Source of the DNA: Harriotta raleighana
Lineage: Eukaryota
DNA: 64,000 nt
Direction: 5' to 3'
Assembly: GCA_050575255.1 (NCBI GenBank)
Contig: JBNZDD010013634.1
Coordinates: 2,367,846-2,431,845, forward strand
The position numbers and the translations under genes were made by a program. Below the pieces are notes generated by a model. The model saw only the letters and a program-made list of their open reading frames with translations. It was not told the DNA's origin and made no database searches. This document shows, piece by piece, positions 12,701 through 64,000 of the stretch. Each line of letters opens with the position of its first letter. Positions within the stretch are counted from its first letter, which is position 1.

Positions 12701-15700
12701 TATATTTCTGTCTGCTGGTTCATGTGCTCGTCCTGCCTTCAACCGATCTGAGAGGTTGATCATGCCTGGTAACATCGTGGGCAAGAGAGATTTCTCTCTC
12801 CCCCCCACTTGTCCCACCCCCTGCCCTCAGTAAATGATCCTGATAAGAAGTAGCCAAACTCTCTCACGGGAAGCTGTGTCCCACTGTTAAATGATACTGG
12901 GATTGAAACCTGGCTTCCCAGAGTGTCGGCTATTACTGGAGCGCTGCTATGCACTTGCCACCACTTTGCCAAACTTTTAAACAGCTACTCACATTCCCAA
13001 ATACCCTTTTTAAACGAAAAAAAGATTTATTGTAAAAGTTATTGTGATGTTACAGGCCCAATGTTTTTTTTTAGAAAAAAAAGAAACGGTGTATGAAGGA
13101 GCCAGTTTTACATTTGGTAAATGTCTCCGGTTAGTGCACCAAACATTTTATATGCAAAGGATGAACCCATCAAAATTCAGTCTGGCCTGAATAGTTTAAT
13201 AAATGTGGATGCCAAGTTACAAGTATGGATTCTGCAGTTGTCTTGAAAGGCACTATTTTTTGATAGAATTCTTTTGTTTAGTTTGTTTGGAGTAGAGAAA
13301 TGAATAGCTAAATTAAATGCTTTTCTGATTGATTTGTTTGGAGAATAGGATGAGTTGCTAAAATGACTTGTTTTCCTCCAACAAGCTGTATGCTGAGCAA
13401 TACTTTTGACCATTTCTAGCAAAATGCATCAGTGGCTTGTCTTGACTCTGCAAATCAGAGCACCTCAAACGTACAATCAGTCCTGTCTACCTGTTCAGGT
13501 GGATCCCATCACAAAGATCTCATCATATTATTCCAAAAGAGAAAGCATTTCCCCTGCTGTCTTGGTCAACAATCCTCAGGTAAAGAAAAAAAATTATGGT
13601 TAGTTGTGGCATATTCCTGAGCATAATTTGGCCACTGTTTTCACCTATAACTACAGTCACTATGCCTCACAGGAAAGCTCCACATAACACTCTTTGAAAT
13701 GTTTTGACATAAGGCACTATATATGCATATAAATATATATCTCTCTATGTATATATATATATATGTAGATAAACCCTGAGCAGTTTCAGCTTTGCCTTTG
13801 TGGTGGATCACTTCTGATGGGGAAAAAAATGGGAACAGTGGATTTGTCTGGCTTTAGGCAAAGATATGGCTACTCTATGTTTGCAGAAAGGATTTTTACC
13901 CTAAGTCCCTGACCTAGCCTAAAACAATTGAGAAAACTGTGGGTGCATATACAAAGAATCTTGTAGTCAGAACCCTAAAGATGGGCTCCGATCTTAGACT
14001 GAGAACACAAGTTTGTGTTCTTAGATTCAGGAATCTTTCCAATGTGAAGAAACCAGTTCATTGAAAGTGGACCCTTAAACGGCAAACTCGTATACACAGA
14101 CGTGTGAAATAAGACTCCCAACGTAAGTCATTTTCTGCTTTGGCTGGAGATTAGACCTCTTGATGAGAAATGCAATCTTAAGTTCCTGGAACATGTTAAG
14201 GACCTGCTATGTAGCCGCCTGAGTGGCGTCTCAGTACACAGCCTCTGATGAGCCAGTTGTCTAAGTATTAATACAGCTGGCACATCTGCATCAATTGAGC
14301 TGCCATGGCAGACAGGCATTTCACAGATGTCTAAAGGCATCCAAAAAGCTGAAGGGGAGCCCGATATTCTGGCACTTAGAAATGGAACTGGATCCTTGTC
14401 ATTTATAATGAAAATTAAAGATGGTAGTACTCTGGACCCATCCACAATTATAAATGCCAGGGAGTAGTTGATACACTATTTAATCATGACCTCTGGGTTG
14501 TTTTGTCGGTAATAATTGAACACAGACCTCAAGATATTGTTTATACAGCTTTGTCTATCTCACCTGGTGAAGAAATGAAAACTTAATCAACAAGAGCAAA
14601 TAAACAATTGTTATATAATTTCACAAGCATAGTGCAAATTCCAACAGTTTTAATTTGCACCACATGTAAATAGGATTCCACAATGTTGGCAAATCTACCC
14701 AGTGAAGCAATTTAATTATTTACATGATTTCATGCTGGTCAGTTACATTTGTCATTGTAGATTCAAAGTATTTTGGAGATTCACAATTTATTTACAAAAA
14801 TAAGATTTTTGCAGAAGCATTTCTTGCCATAATCCAAAATGCTTTTGAAATGTTGATATTAACATGAATACTCATTTAAAGGATGGGATTAGAAAACACT
14901 ATAGGAGTTCCTATAGTACATGCTGTTGAGCAATGAACTAATGAATAAGACTAATCTTTTAGAGGATGTTTCAATTGATAACTAATGGGATAAATTAGAA
15001 GTTATGACAAGCAGCGTAAATTGAGGAACATTCATCTTCCATTTTTCCATCCTTTAACCTCTGGGCTGTCGGCCCAAATAAACTTCTTCTCTGGGGTGGA
15101 CCAGTTACAGTATTAGTTTTTCAGTTTATGCACTAATGCTTAGAAAACATCAATATTATAAGGACAGATCCTCAATAAAGTACTAGAGATAGCACCTCAA
15201 TCAATCTAGCTACAAGTATCCAAAATTTAAAATAAACTTTTGAAAGGGTTCTTTTGTATCATTTCTTTTCTTGTTCATTTCTCTTCCATTGTCTGTACTT
15301 TTTAATGGTAAATTACTTTGTACAGTTTTCTACTTCCTCTTTCTTAATTTAAAATTTTTGTTCCTTATCTTTCTACTGTTTTGCAGCTATACATATCTAT
15401 TTTGGAAGCTCGCAGTAACTATTTTGAAAAAAACATTTTTCAGTATTTGAAGAGGCTTTTAAAAGCCTGCTTTTATAGTCAATCCATAGCAGTCTGGAAG
15501 ATGGAAGGAAGCAATCAATGCTTTTGTAGAAAGAACAGAAAGTACAAATGAATCATGCCAATAGTGTGAGCAATAGGGTCAGATTCCTTAAAGAATATTT
15601 TTTAAGATATGGAATTATAATGCCAGGCGAGGCCACCGCTCCCCCCCGACACACATTAGTGCCATACTGTATAAGCAGCATAGCAATTTACTCATTACTG

Positions 15701-16899
15701 TTTATCATTAATAATAGTGATCCGGCTTGTTTTACGTACTAAACATTTGAAGACTCTACCCACGTGAAAGACACTATTTAAATGTAAGTTGTCGTTGTAA
15801 ACACAAGTATAGGGAGAGAGCTTTGTGCATAAACAATTCCGATGACCTTTACACAGTAAGCTTGCTTTCATTCTTGACGTTCCTTGAGGCCATTTCTTAG
15901 TCATCTACAGTAATGGCAGCAAAGGATTATTTCACAATGTTTGAAGAATGAAATACTTTCAAAACAAACTAATGGAGTGGTCTAGTCATACATGACAGTC
16001 CTCAGTTATTTTTCTTCCATCAACAGACTTTCCTCGATTGATTCCTCTTTGTTGTGGGTGGAACAATCTTATTCAAAGGAAATTCTAAATTCCAAGCTTG
16101 TTTGGGGTTTTGACTATAGATGTCCAAACATATGTTATTTTAAGCTTTATTTATAGTCAAGAATGCTGCTTTATCTTTTTCCAAGGTAGATATTGTAAAG
16201 AAATCAAGACAGAATGTGGTCACCAAACTGACATTATTAATTAACTTCTTTCTTGGTTGGAAAACTTTAATAGTTAAACATGCACCTATTATTTGTATTG
16301 CAAAAGAAATTCCAAATTTGTAATGTATGTGGAAGCCCTCCTTTCCTCCCATCCCATTTTTGTGGTTATTCGGGTGTCTGACACATGAAAAAAAACTTCA
16401 CTATGCTTTTAAGAGCATTGAAACCAATGATTATACAGCATCCTGCACCTAAAATAATATTGTGGAGATTTTTACAATATCATGGCAAGTTCAGAACAGG
16501 TTGGGATGAAGGTTGAAGAAAGGGGAAAGGGGTTTGGAGGTCACCATCTGCACGTACTCCAGTGGCTCTCTGTCTTTCAGCAGATTTCAAGGACCTCACC
16601 CTCACTCATAAAACTTTGCAGTGTATGTGGCAAAGTGCTTTGGGATATCTTCCCTACATGAAAAATACCACACCAAAGGTAAGGATTATTATTATCATCC
16701 TCTTTTTATAATCTTAATTAGCCTCCCAAGTCCTCGTCCAAAGATTTTTAGCCCAGTACAGAGAGAATTTAAGAAACCTTTGGTAGTGCAATAGAAGCGA
16801 TATTCGTAATACATTTCTAACAGCCATTGTCAAGTTGCATTAATATAAAATGGGTCACAAAAACGCAATGATTACATCAAACAATTTACATAAAACGGA

Positions 16900-18241
16900 T
16901 TGTAAAATTAGTATTGAAGCATTTAATTCAACAAAAAACTGCACAATATTGTATCAGTATTTTACAAAGCAGATGTACGGTATATACAAACACTTTCCAC
17001 AAAATTAAAGATTATGTGCAGTTTGAGGCTATTGATTGACAGACATTAGCAAAGTCAATAGTGTGGCAATTGTAGAAATTGTCTTTCATTCTCGTCACGA
17101 CGATATGAAAGTATGTGGAAAATTTGAAACTGGAAAATTTTAGACCTGTGCCTTACAAGGAAATGCAAACTTTAGCTGTGCATGATATTTCATTTGGTCC
17201 CAAGTGGTTATAAATTACTAAATGACCTTTAAATTGCTAGTGCATCTTGGTTTGTTAAAAATTAGGTTCATTTTATAGCCAGCAATTCAAAGTAAAGAAT
17301 TATAACCAAATTATACCATATATACAACTTCTTTAAAGTACAAATGTAATAAACATGCTAAAAGACACGATGGAACAGATTACAAGCTAGATTAAATTTG
17401 AAAAGTCTGCAGTAGATAGCAGTGTTACAGGTTGATCATACTTCAGTAGGGCGGTAACACAGATATTCTTTTGAACTCTTTATTTAAAAAAAAGTATCAA
17501 CTGTAAAAAAAAAGAAACAATTGCTAAATTTTTAGTGTGCAAAAACCTTTTTAAATATCAAGGCAAGCTAATGAAAAAACACTGTCCTTTTTATGTACAT
17601 ATTCTACAATAGCTGCTGTTCCAGAACTAGCTGAGCTCATTTACAGCCAATTTGTTCACTATTGCATTAGCACGAAGACATTCTCTGTATGCTGTTCCAC
17701 AGGTTTGAGTGCAAAGCTTCCACTGTGGTTCTTTACTGTAACTGTTTAGTGCATCCTTGAGACTGGAGTACTGCACAAATAGAGGATACCTTTGCTTTGG
17801 ATATTGAACAGCAATAATAGTACAAAATTAAGGTTATTTTACAAGTGATTTTTCTCCCTTGGACATTTTAAAATCATGCTTTCCACAGCATTTCAGGACT
17901 AAAGACTACATTAGAAACTACAAACTGCATGCAGAGATTTCCAAGCACAGACTATCGCTATATCATATTAAGGTCTTTAGTGGCTGAACTTTACATTTCA
18001 CATTGTTATGCATGGGCTAGTGATGGTTAAGATGTCAGTGCATTGCTCTGTTGTCGCAGGACATATTGGCCAGACGTCAGTACATTAATAGTCGTCATTT
18101 GCTTGATTGATGTGTCCTGTGATGACACCATCACCATCTTTACACACTATTCATTGCGGAGGCTCGACTTTTGTTTACTGCAGAAACTGGACGTCCGTCT
18201 ACTGTGTTTCTATCCTGATTTTTTTGATGAACGCATCATTG
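16900..18241 (-). other. SBF2: Probable SBF2 3' UTR; candidate poly(A) signals AATAAA (17484-17479) and ATTAAA (16927-16922)
   Basis: AT-rich stretch directly after the stop with no repeat that I recognise; both hexamers are read on the minus strand; the true end is inferred. Confidence 0.55.
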
Positions 18242-58064
<39,823 letters not shown>

Positions 58065-61000
58065 CTGAAGTGAACACCAAAAGACAATTATTCAAACATC
58101 TGACAATATTAGTTATCTTGTCATATCTATTGTTCCAAGACAAAACCCTGTATAAAATGCAGTTGAGTGAATGCTGTAGTTATACATCTACTGGATTAAA
58201 AAATATCAGTACTCTACAGTCAATTTTCTGTTTTACAACATGATATTTTAAATTAAAAACAAATGCTTCACCACGTGTCAAAATGTTATCTGCATTCTTG
58301 ATGAACCCAGCAGGCTACGTTTTGCCAATACATCACATATAGGTCATTCCAGGTTAGATGTAAACACGTTTCCTTATTATTTTAGGCTGCCATGCTCCAG
58401 TTTCAATTGTTGGAACAGAAATCAAATGACTTTCTGCCTTTCTCTGTTGGACTGGAGGTTGAGTTAATCTCCCATATGGCAATTCTCTGCATCATGCCAA
58501 ATCGTCATAATATTTTGCACCCGATTACTTGAAAATGTTCAAAACAGATGATGCATTTATAGCTAATTTTCCATGAGATGTGCCATGATATTAATGTTAA
58601 AACTAAATATTGTTGGGAGAAATGTAGGCATAAAATAACCAAAACATGTTATTTTACCTTCAGAGGGCAGCAGATTTCCACACCAAAAAAGTGGTATTAT
58701 AAATACATAACTGTAAAATGCAAATATTATTGATGTGTGCAACTGTATCACAATTCATTTCAGCTGTTTCCATGACAAATCAACTATATTTTCTTTTCTC
58801 TGCAGGTAAACATGTATCCATCAATGTCATATTCTACTCTGTTTAAACACAGTGCTCATGGGAATAAAATGTAGGCAGGACAAAACTTGCACCCAAAGAC
58901 ATTTGCCTTAAAATGGACATGATCGCAAAGGAAGCAACATTTTGCAGACATTAGTAGAAATTTGAGGTCATCGATGAGATTGATTTTTTTCCTCTTAGCT
59001 GTGATTCCTGTGCAAATATTGCTGGTTAACATGAAATTTATTTTTTTGTAAAACTTAAAACGTAGTAAAATGTTCTATTCTACAAATTATTAGACATTGC
59101 TAGTCTGTGTCGGTACATCCATTTGGAGCATTAGGCTCAATATCTTTAATTTCCTGCTTTGACTGATATTCTCACAAGCTTCTCCCATTGACTAACTATT
59201 TAGCTAATAGCTTTGGCTAAATAGTTTCTTTAGCCAAAAATGTTTCAAAGACTGACATTTCTATTGGGTGGTCTGTCCAACTCCATTTAACTGAAGAAAA
59301 TTAACAAGGCGGTCAACAAATTAAAATCGGAACTTTTTAAAAAATGCATTATCGATAAAGTAAACAACCAATCATTTAACAAATATTTGATAAAATATAT
59401 AAACTCCAGCGCTGTGAATTAGCAGTTAAAGAGTTAAAATACATGTAGACCAAGCAAACAAAGTATCCTCTGGGCTAAAATTCCAATGGACCCCAAATGT
59501 CTGCTTTTATAAGTAAAGCTGAAAATATTCGCATTCTCAAAAAGTGACCATAATATGTTCCAGACACATAGTGAAGATGCCAGAATGTGATGCCAGTCAT
59601 GTTTGTATGGATGTCTGGACAACAAGCCAACCATTTGTACTACTTTAAATAGAACAAAGAGCAGCAATAATCTGACTCGAAATTTACTAGAAATTAGATT
59701 TTGGTTGCTGACGTTAATCTGACCAACTGTAGATCTGGGTCCACTGCTTCAATGATTTAAACTGAAGAGTTATAGTTGCCATTTAAGAAGAATGCAACAT
59801 GCCTTCCAATTGTCCATTTATTGCAAGAATATGAAGGATTTTGAGTCTGTCTGTATACTTTTCGTTGATGATTGCCTCTGGGCAAGTTTGATATTGGAGC
59901 AACAATCAAATGATCCTGGCAGATGTACTAATGCCCACTTCTGTGTTAAGTACACAACAATAAAATTACATTTGTGGAAACAAAGTCTAAGTAGAATATA
60001 ACGTAATTGGTTCACAATCACGTACTTTCTCCAGCAGAATGCGGAAAATTTTTAAGAAGGTGTAACAATTTTTGTTTTAAAAAAAGCATAATATAGGTAT
60101 TATTCAATAAACAAATTATTGGCAAATCTCCGTCCAGCCAACATTTGATGTCTCGCCACTCAATTACAAGCAGGACATGGAACAAATGGCTGACTTCCAG
60201 GTTTTCAAGTTATCGTTGATGTCACTTGCATTAGGTTAGATGCGTGCACAGGAAGTGCTAATTGTCATTTGTTTGCGTGCTGCATATGTGTGGCAATCAC
60301 CACTGACGACACTTCCTTTGTTTGCGTGACATCGGCAGCACTTTCCTTCTCATAGCCAGCAACATCAGCAGCGACTTGATGACCAAGGTATTGGCCAACC
60401 TTCAATCCCAGTAAGCCAGCTAGTGTCTACTGCAGATCTAAATGAGTCAGTGTGTACTGAAGTGAGCTATAACTGCGTTCTTTGGTATAGCACTATTGAT
60501 ATTCAGATTGTATTCAAAGATGTAGAGCTAATTAACTCATACTTTATTCCCTGCACTGGCAGTTGGATTATCCATTAGAAAGGTACAATTTTTAAAAATA
60601 TACCATCATTGTGGCCCTAGTTCAACCCTGTAGAAGATTTTTTTTTCGAAACAACTTGTAAATTTGTATCCAGGGCTACTTTACAATAGCAATATCAAAA
60701 CTTCACCAACAGAAATAAGAGTACAAGAAAAATAAAAATTTGCAGTTTTCACTTGAATTTCAGATATATGTAACCAATTTAGCTAACCTTTGGATGAAAA
60801 CGTGCGAGTAAATTAAATACATTTCAGAAAAGTTATTTTTTCCTGCAAGAAAGTACAATTACAACAGCAGGGGAAAAAATTATAACGAGGGAAAAAAAAA
60901 GTATTGTACATCATAAATCCATGACATGTGGGACTGGATAGATCTCTAAATATACAGTAATGTTTTACATAGTGAAATGAATTCTGGCAGCTTCAGTTCA

Positions 61001-61799
61001 ATACTCAATAGAATCAATATACTCTACTGTACAACCTACCCCTAACTGAGAATTTTCTGCAATGAGAATGAATTGAGAACGTTAGGAATGAAAATGTTGC
61101 CAGGTGGAGTGCAGGGTTGGGGGGGTGGGGGGAAACCTCTGAATTGAAGGTTTATTTTGCTTAAGATCCCTGATATTCTGCGATTCAATGGACATATGAA
61201 CCAAAAGATACACAACATAGGCGTGCAAATCACTGAAAACAAAGCTTAACGTGTTGGAAAAATGAAATTATATGAACAGAATGAAAGCACATTCATCTGC
61301 AGGCATGCTTTTCAGGCCAAGTATATAAAACAGTATGACAATGAAGAGCATTCGGGCTCCAAATGCCTTGGCTAAAACACACATGAAAAAAGTTGTTACA
61401 ACACAAATACAAACAAACTGCCACAAAACACAAAAGCTATTTTTTTTCGGTAGGGGGTAGTTTCACTCCATCATTCTGGTCTCAGCTACATCACTTGAGC
61501 AATAAAGAAACACGAACAATACGCTTAACATTAGGGTTCCTTAATTACAATTAATTGAATCCCTCCCTAATCCCTAGCTCGGATCCAAAATATATTATTT
61601 GTTCAGTATCTTGGAACATCCTCCCGACATGGAAGGCACTATACAAATGTAATTTTGTTGTTGTTACACTGAAAATAAAATTTTGAGACAACTATATGCC
61701 TACACTTTACAAAACGTGTACATTTGGAACGATTAGAATTCATCAGGGTGACATTTCACTTGGATCGAGGGATATCAAAATGAATGATGTTGGATTGTA

Positions 61800-63290
61800 A
61801 TGGGATTTTCCAACTGGAAGGACACACAGTCGAAATAGTTGCACGTAGCAGCTGGAGGAATTTCTTACAACATGTCTTTTCCCCCCGTGACGACTCCGGC
61901 ATCAGATGTGTTGAGGAGTCAGCGTACAAAGAATGACCTTAAGCACCAGGATAAATTAAATCCAACAAAAATATGTGTCTCCTAGACATTTGTTAAAACC
62001 TGATCCTCTCTTGGAGAGTGACAAACGAAGAGCACAAGACAAGCTTTTCTGTCTGTATGAAGTTATGTCATCACCCGAGACAAAGAATGCAATGAACCTC
62101 AGGATTGCGTTGCCAAGCCACATTTTGTGGAAGCCAATCTTATCCTGCAGCTGTGACATCTTGGACTTAGGCTCATCAGTTGATTCCCATGGTAGAGCTG
62201 AGTACAGTTTGTATTTTGTAGCTATTGATTCAAGAAACAATGACGGAAAAATACAAGTCTTATATGATGATGCAAAGTACTTCTTTCACCAGAAGCCTGA
62301 GTTGGTTTCGATGCTTTGTGGCCAAGCTTAGGTTCCACTATAACAAATGGATTTTTGTGGCATTTTGGGCCTGCTGTTTTAGTGGTTGCAATTTTGATTA
62401 TTTATTGACATTCAGAATGAATGGGAACTTGGGACAGCAAGAGGTCCTGTTCCTGTTTCTATGAAAACTGATGCACGGGTTCTCCTCATAGAATGGGTTC
62501 CCATCTATTTTCCTATCTCACAATCTGTTGGGAGACATAACCAGTAGATTCTTATCTGAATAACCCCGTTGCAAGCCAGAGGTTGTGCTTGGAAAATATT
62601 GATCGGTTTATCCACTTCAGCTATATGATGGTGGGGGGTGGGGTGTGTCACCTGGTCAGCAGATAAAGTGTAGCCACTCTGAGGACTATATCTACAAAGA
62701 CCACCAAAAATAGTCAACTCCCCAACAAAGAGGATCTATCTGGCCTTGTACCAAATTTCGGAGAAACAGCAAGTAAACAAATCATTTCAATCTCCAGATT
62801 GTTTACGGGTCTTTGGCTGCGAAACAGTTAAAACATTTCAGGGTTGATTCGGAAATGAGAGTCTATCACTCTATAAAAGCAATCATCACCAGGTGGAATG
62901 CGGTGGCTGCAATGTATATTTCAGAAGTTTTGCTTTGTAGGTCACAAACTCAACACTTGAAAATTTCTGACTATTTCCATTATCTTGGCCATACAGTGTG
63001 CCTGAGAGAATATTCTACTGAGTCGTTTAGTGGCAGATGTTTTTAGGTCTGAAACCACGAAGATCATTGTTTCCATTTGATCCATAATCCTCAATTAGAA
63101 TTCTTCAGCGATCCTAGATTTCTGTCTCATGGATGAGAATTTTTGGCTTAGGAGTCTAAATTATTTTGGCGATACAGAGATATTTCCAGGCTGTTTGAAA
63201 GAGTGCCCCTATGAAAGTTCAAAACTGTGTTAGCTCCAATTGGGATTTCTCTAGGTTTACTAGAGCTTTCAATCCAAATTATGAAATCCT
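61800..63290 (-). mobile_element. Heavily decayed DIRS1-like (tyrosine recombinase) retrotransposon relic; limits approximate
   Basis: 63263-63192 translates LVNLEKSQLELTQF*TFIGALFQT (DIRS RT motif); weaker downstream echoes VIQIRIYWL and WNLSL..YKTCIF in the expected order. Confidence 0.5.
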
Positions 63291-64000
63291 ATAGGGATTA
63301 AAAAGACTTGCCTTCTTAGTGCCTTGTGTATCATTTTACAATCCAATCACTGAAAACAAGGTTACATTTCTAATATAAATACAGAAGTCACTGGGAAAAC
63401 ACAGCAAGTCAGGCAGCATCCATGGAGAGAGGAAAATGAGTTAACATTTCAGGTCAATGACCTTTTGTCAGAATTTTGTTAGATAACTAATCTTGTTTTC
63501 AGTGATTGGATTGTAAGTGTCACAACCTTAAATTACTTGATCATGTTGGGAACCAGTTGAAAAGTTGTGAATCTTATATGACTAAATGTCCCTTTATGAT
63601 ACTTAACTACATAAAAGTGTGCATCCATTTCTATGGCAAGTAAATACTGTGATTTCCTGCACTAATCTTTGTGGAATGAGCTATATCATAAGACTAGCAA
63701 ACTCTCTATGTGTGCCTTCAAATTGCTGTATATATATTAAAAATGCCCAATATTAGATTACATTTGACTTTTAATAAGTTTATCAGTTAGTGATATTTGC
63801 TGGCACAATTTTGAAAATAGCAACTAACTGGTGGTGCAGATCAACACTTGACAAAATAAACAGAAAAAAAGCCCATCAAAATTCAGAGGAATTGAGATCA
63901 CACTCCCCTGACTTCCAAACCGAATCTGCGAACTTTCTTAGTAACCCAAAGAAGAACCATTGGCTTAGATACGTCCTAGAATGCACTCACGTTAAACAGA

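Noticed and set aside
1-16800. Expected neighbour gene such as SWAP70, or coding ORFs such as 3670-4044 and 14128-14445
   Set aside because: No recognisable protein motifs or exon chain; the ORFs are short and look random

Overview
Vertebrate genomic DNA, most likely a cartilaginous fish and probably a chimaera such as elephant shark; this is inferred from the SINE, L2, CR1 and Penelope-type repeat landscape. The main feature is the 3' two-thirds of SBF2/MTMR13 (myotubularin-related pseudophosphatase) on the minus strand. I traced 25 coding exons from 58064 down to the stop at 18242 (3792 nt, 1264 codons, all splice phases consistent). They cover the post-DENN region, the GRAM domain, the inactive myotubularin domain, the coiled coil, the PH domain and the C-terminal ISDA. 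One intron needs a GC donor, and two frame-neutral exons (102 and 75 nt) look like cassettes. Introns and the ~16 kb downstream hold tRNA-derived SINEs, L2 and CR1 fragments, ancient Deu-SINE/LF-SINE-like relics, a Tigger-like MITE, heavily decayed Gypsy and DIRS relics, and palindromic Penelope-type repeats with degenerate hammerhead-ribozyme cores. Most ORFs in the supplied track are spurious. I found no convincing new biological system; the best leads are the ribozyme-bearing palindromes, the fossil retroelements and the SBF2 splicing features. Repeat boundaries are approximate.
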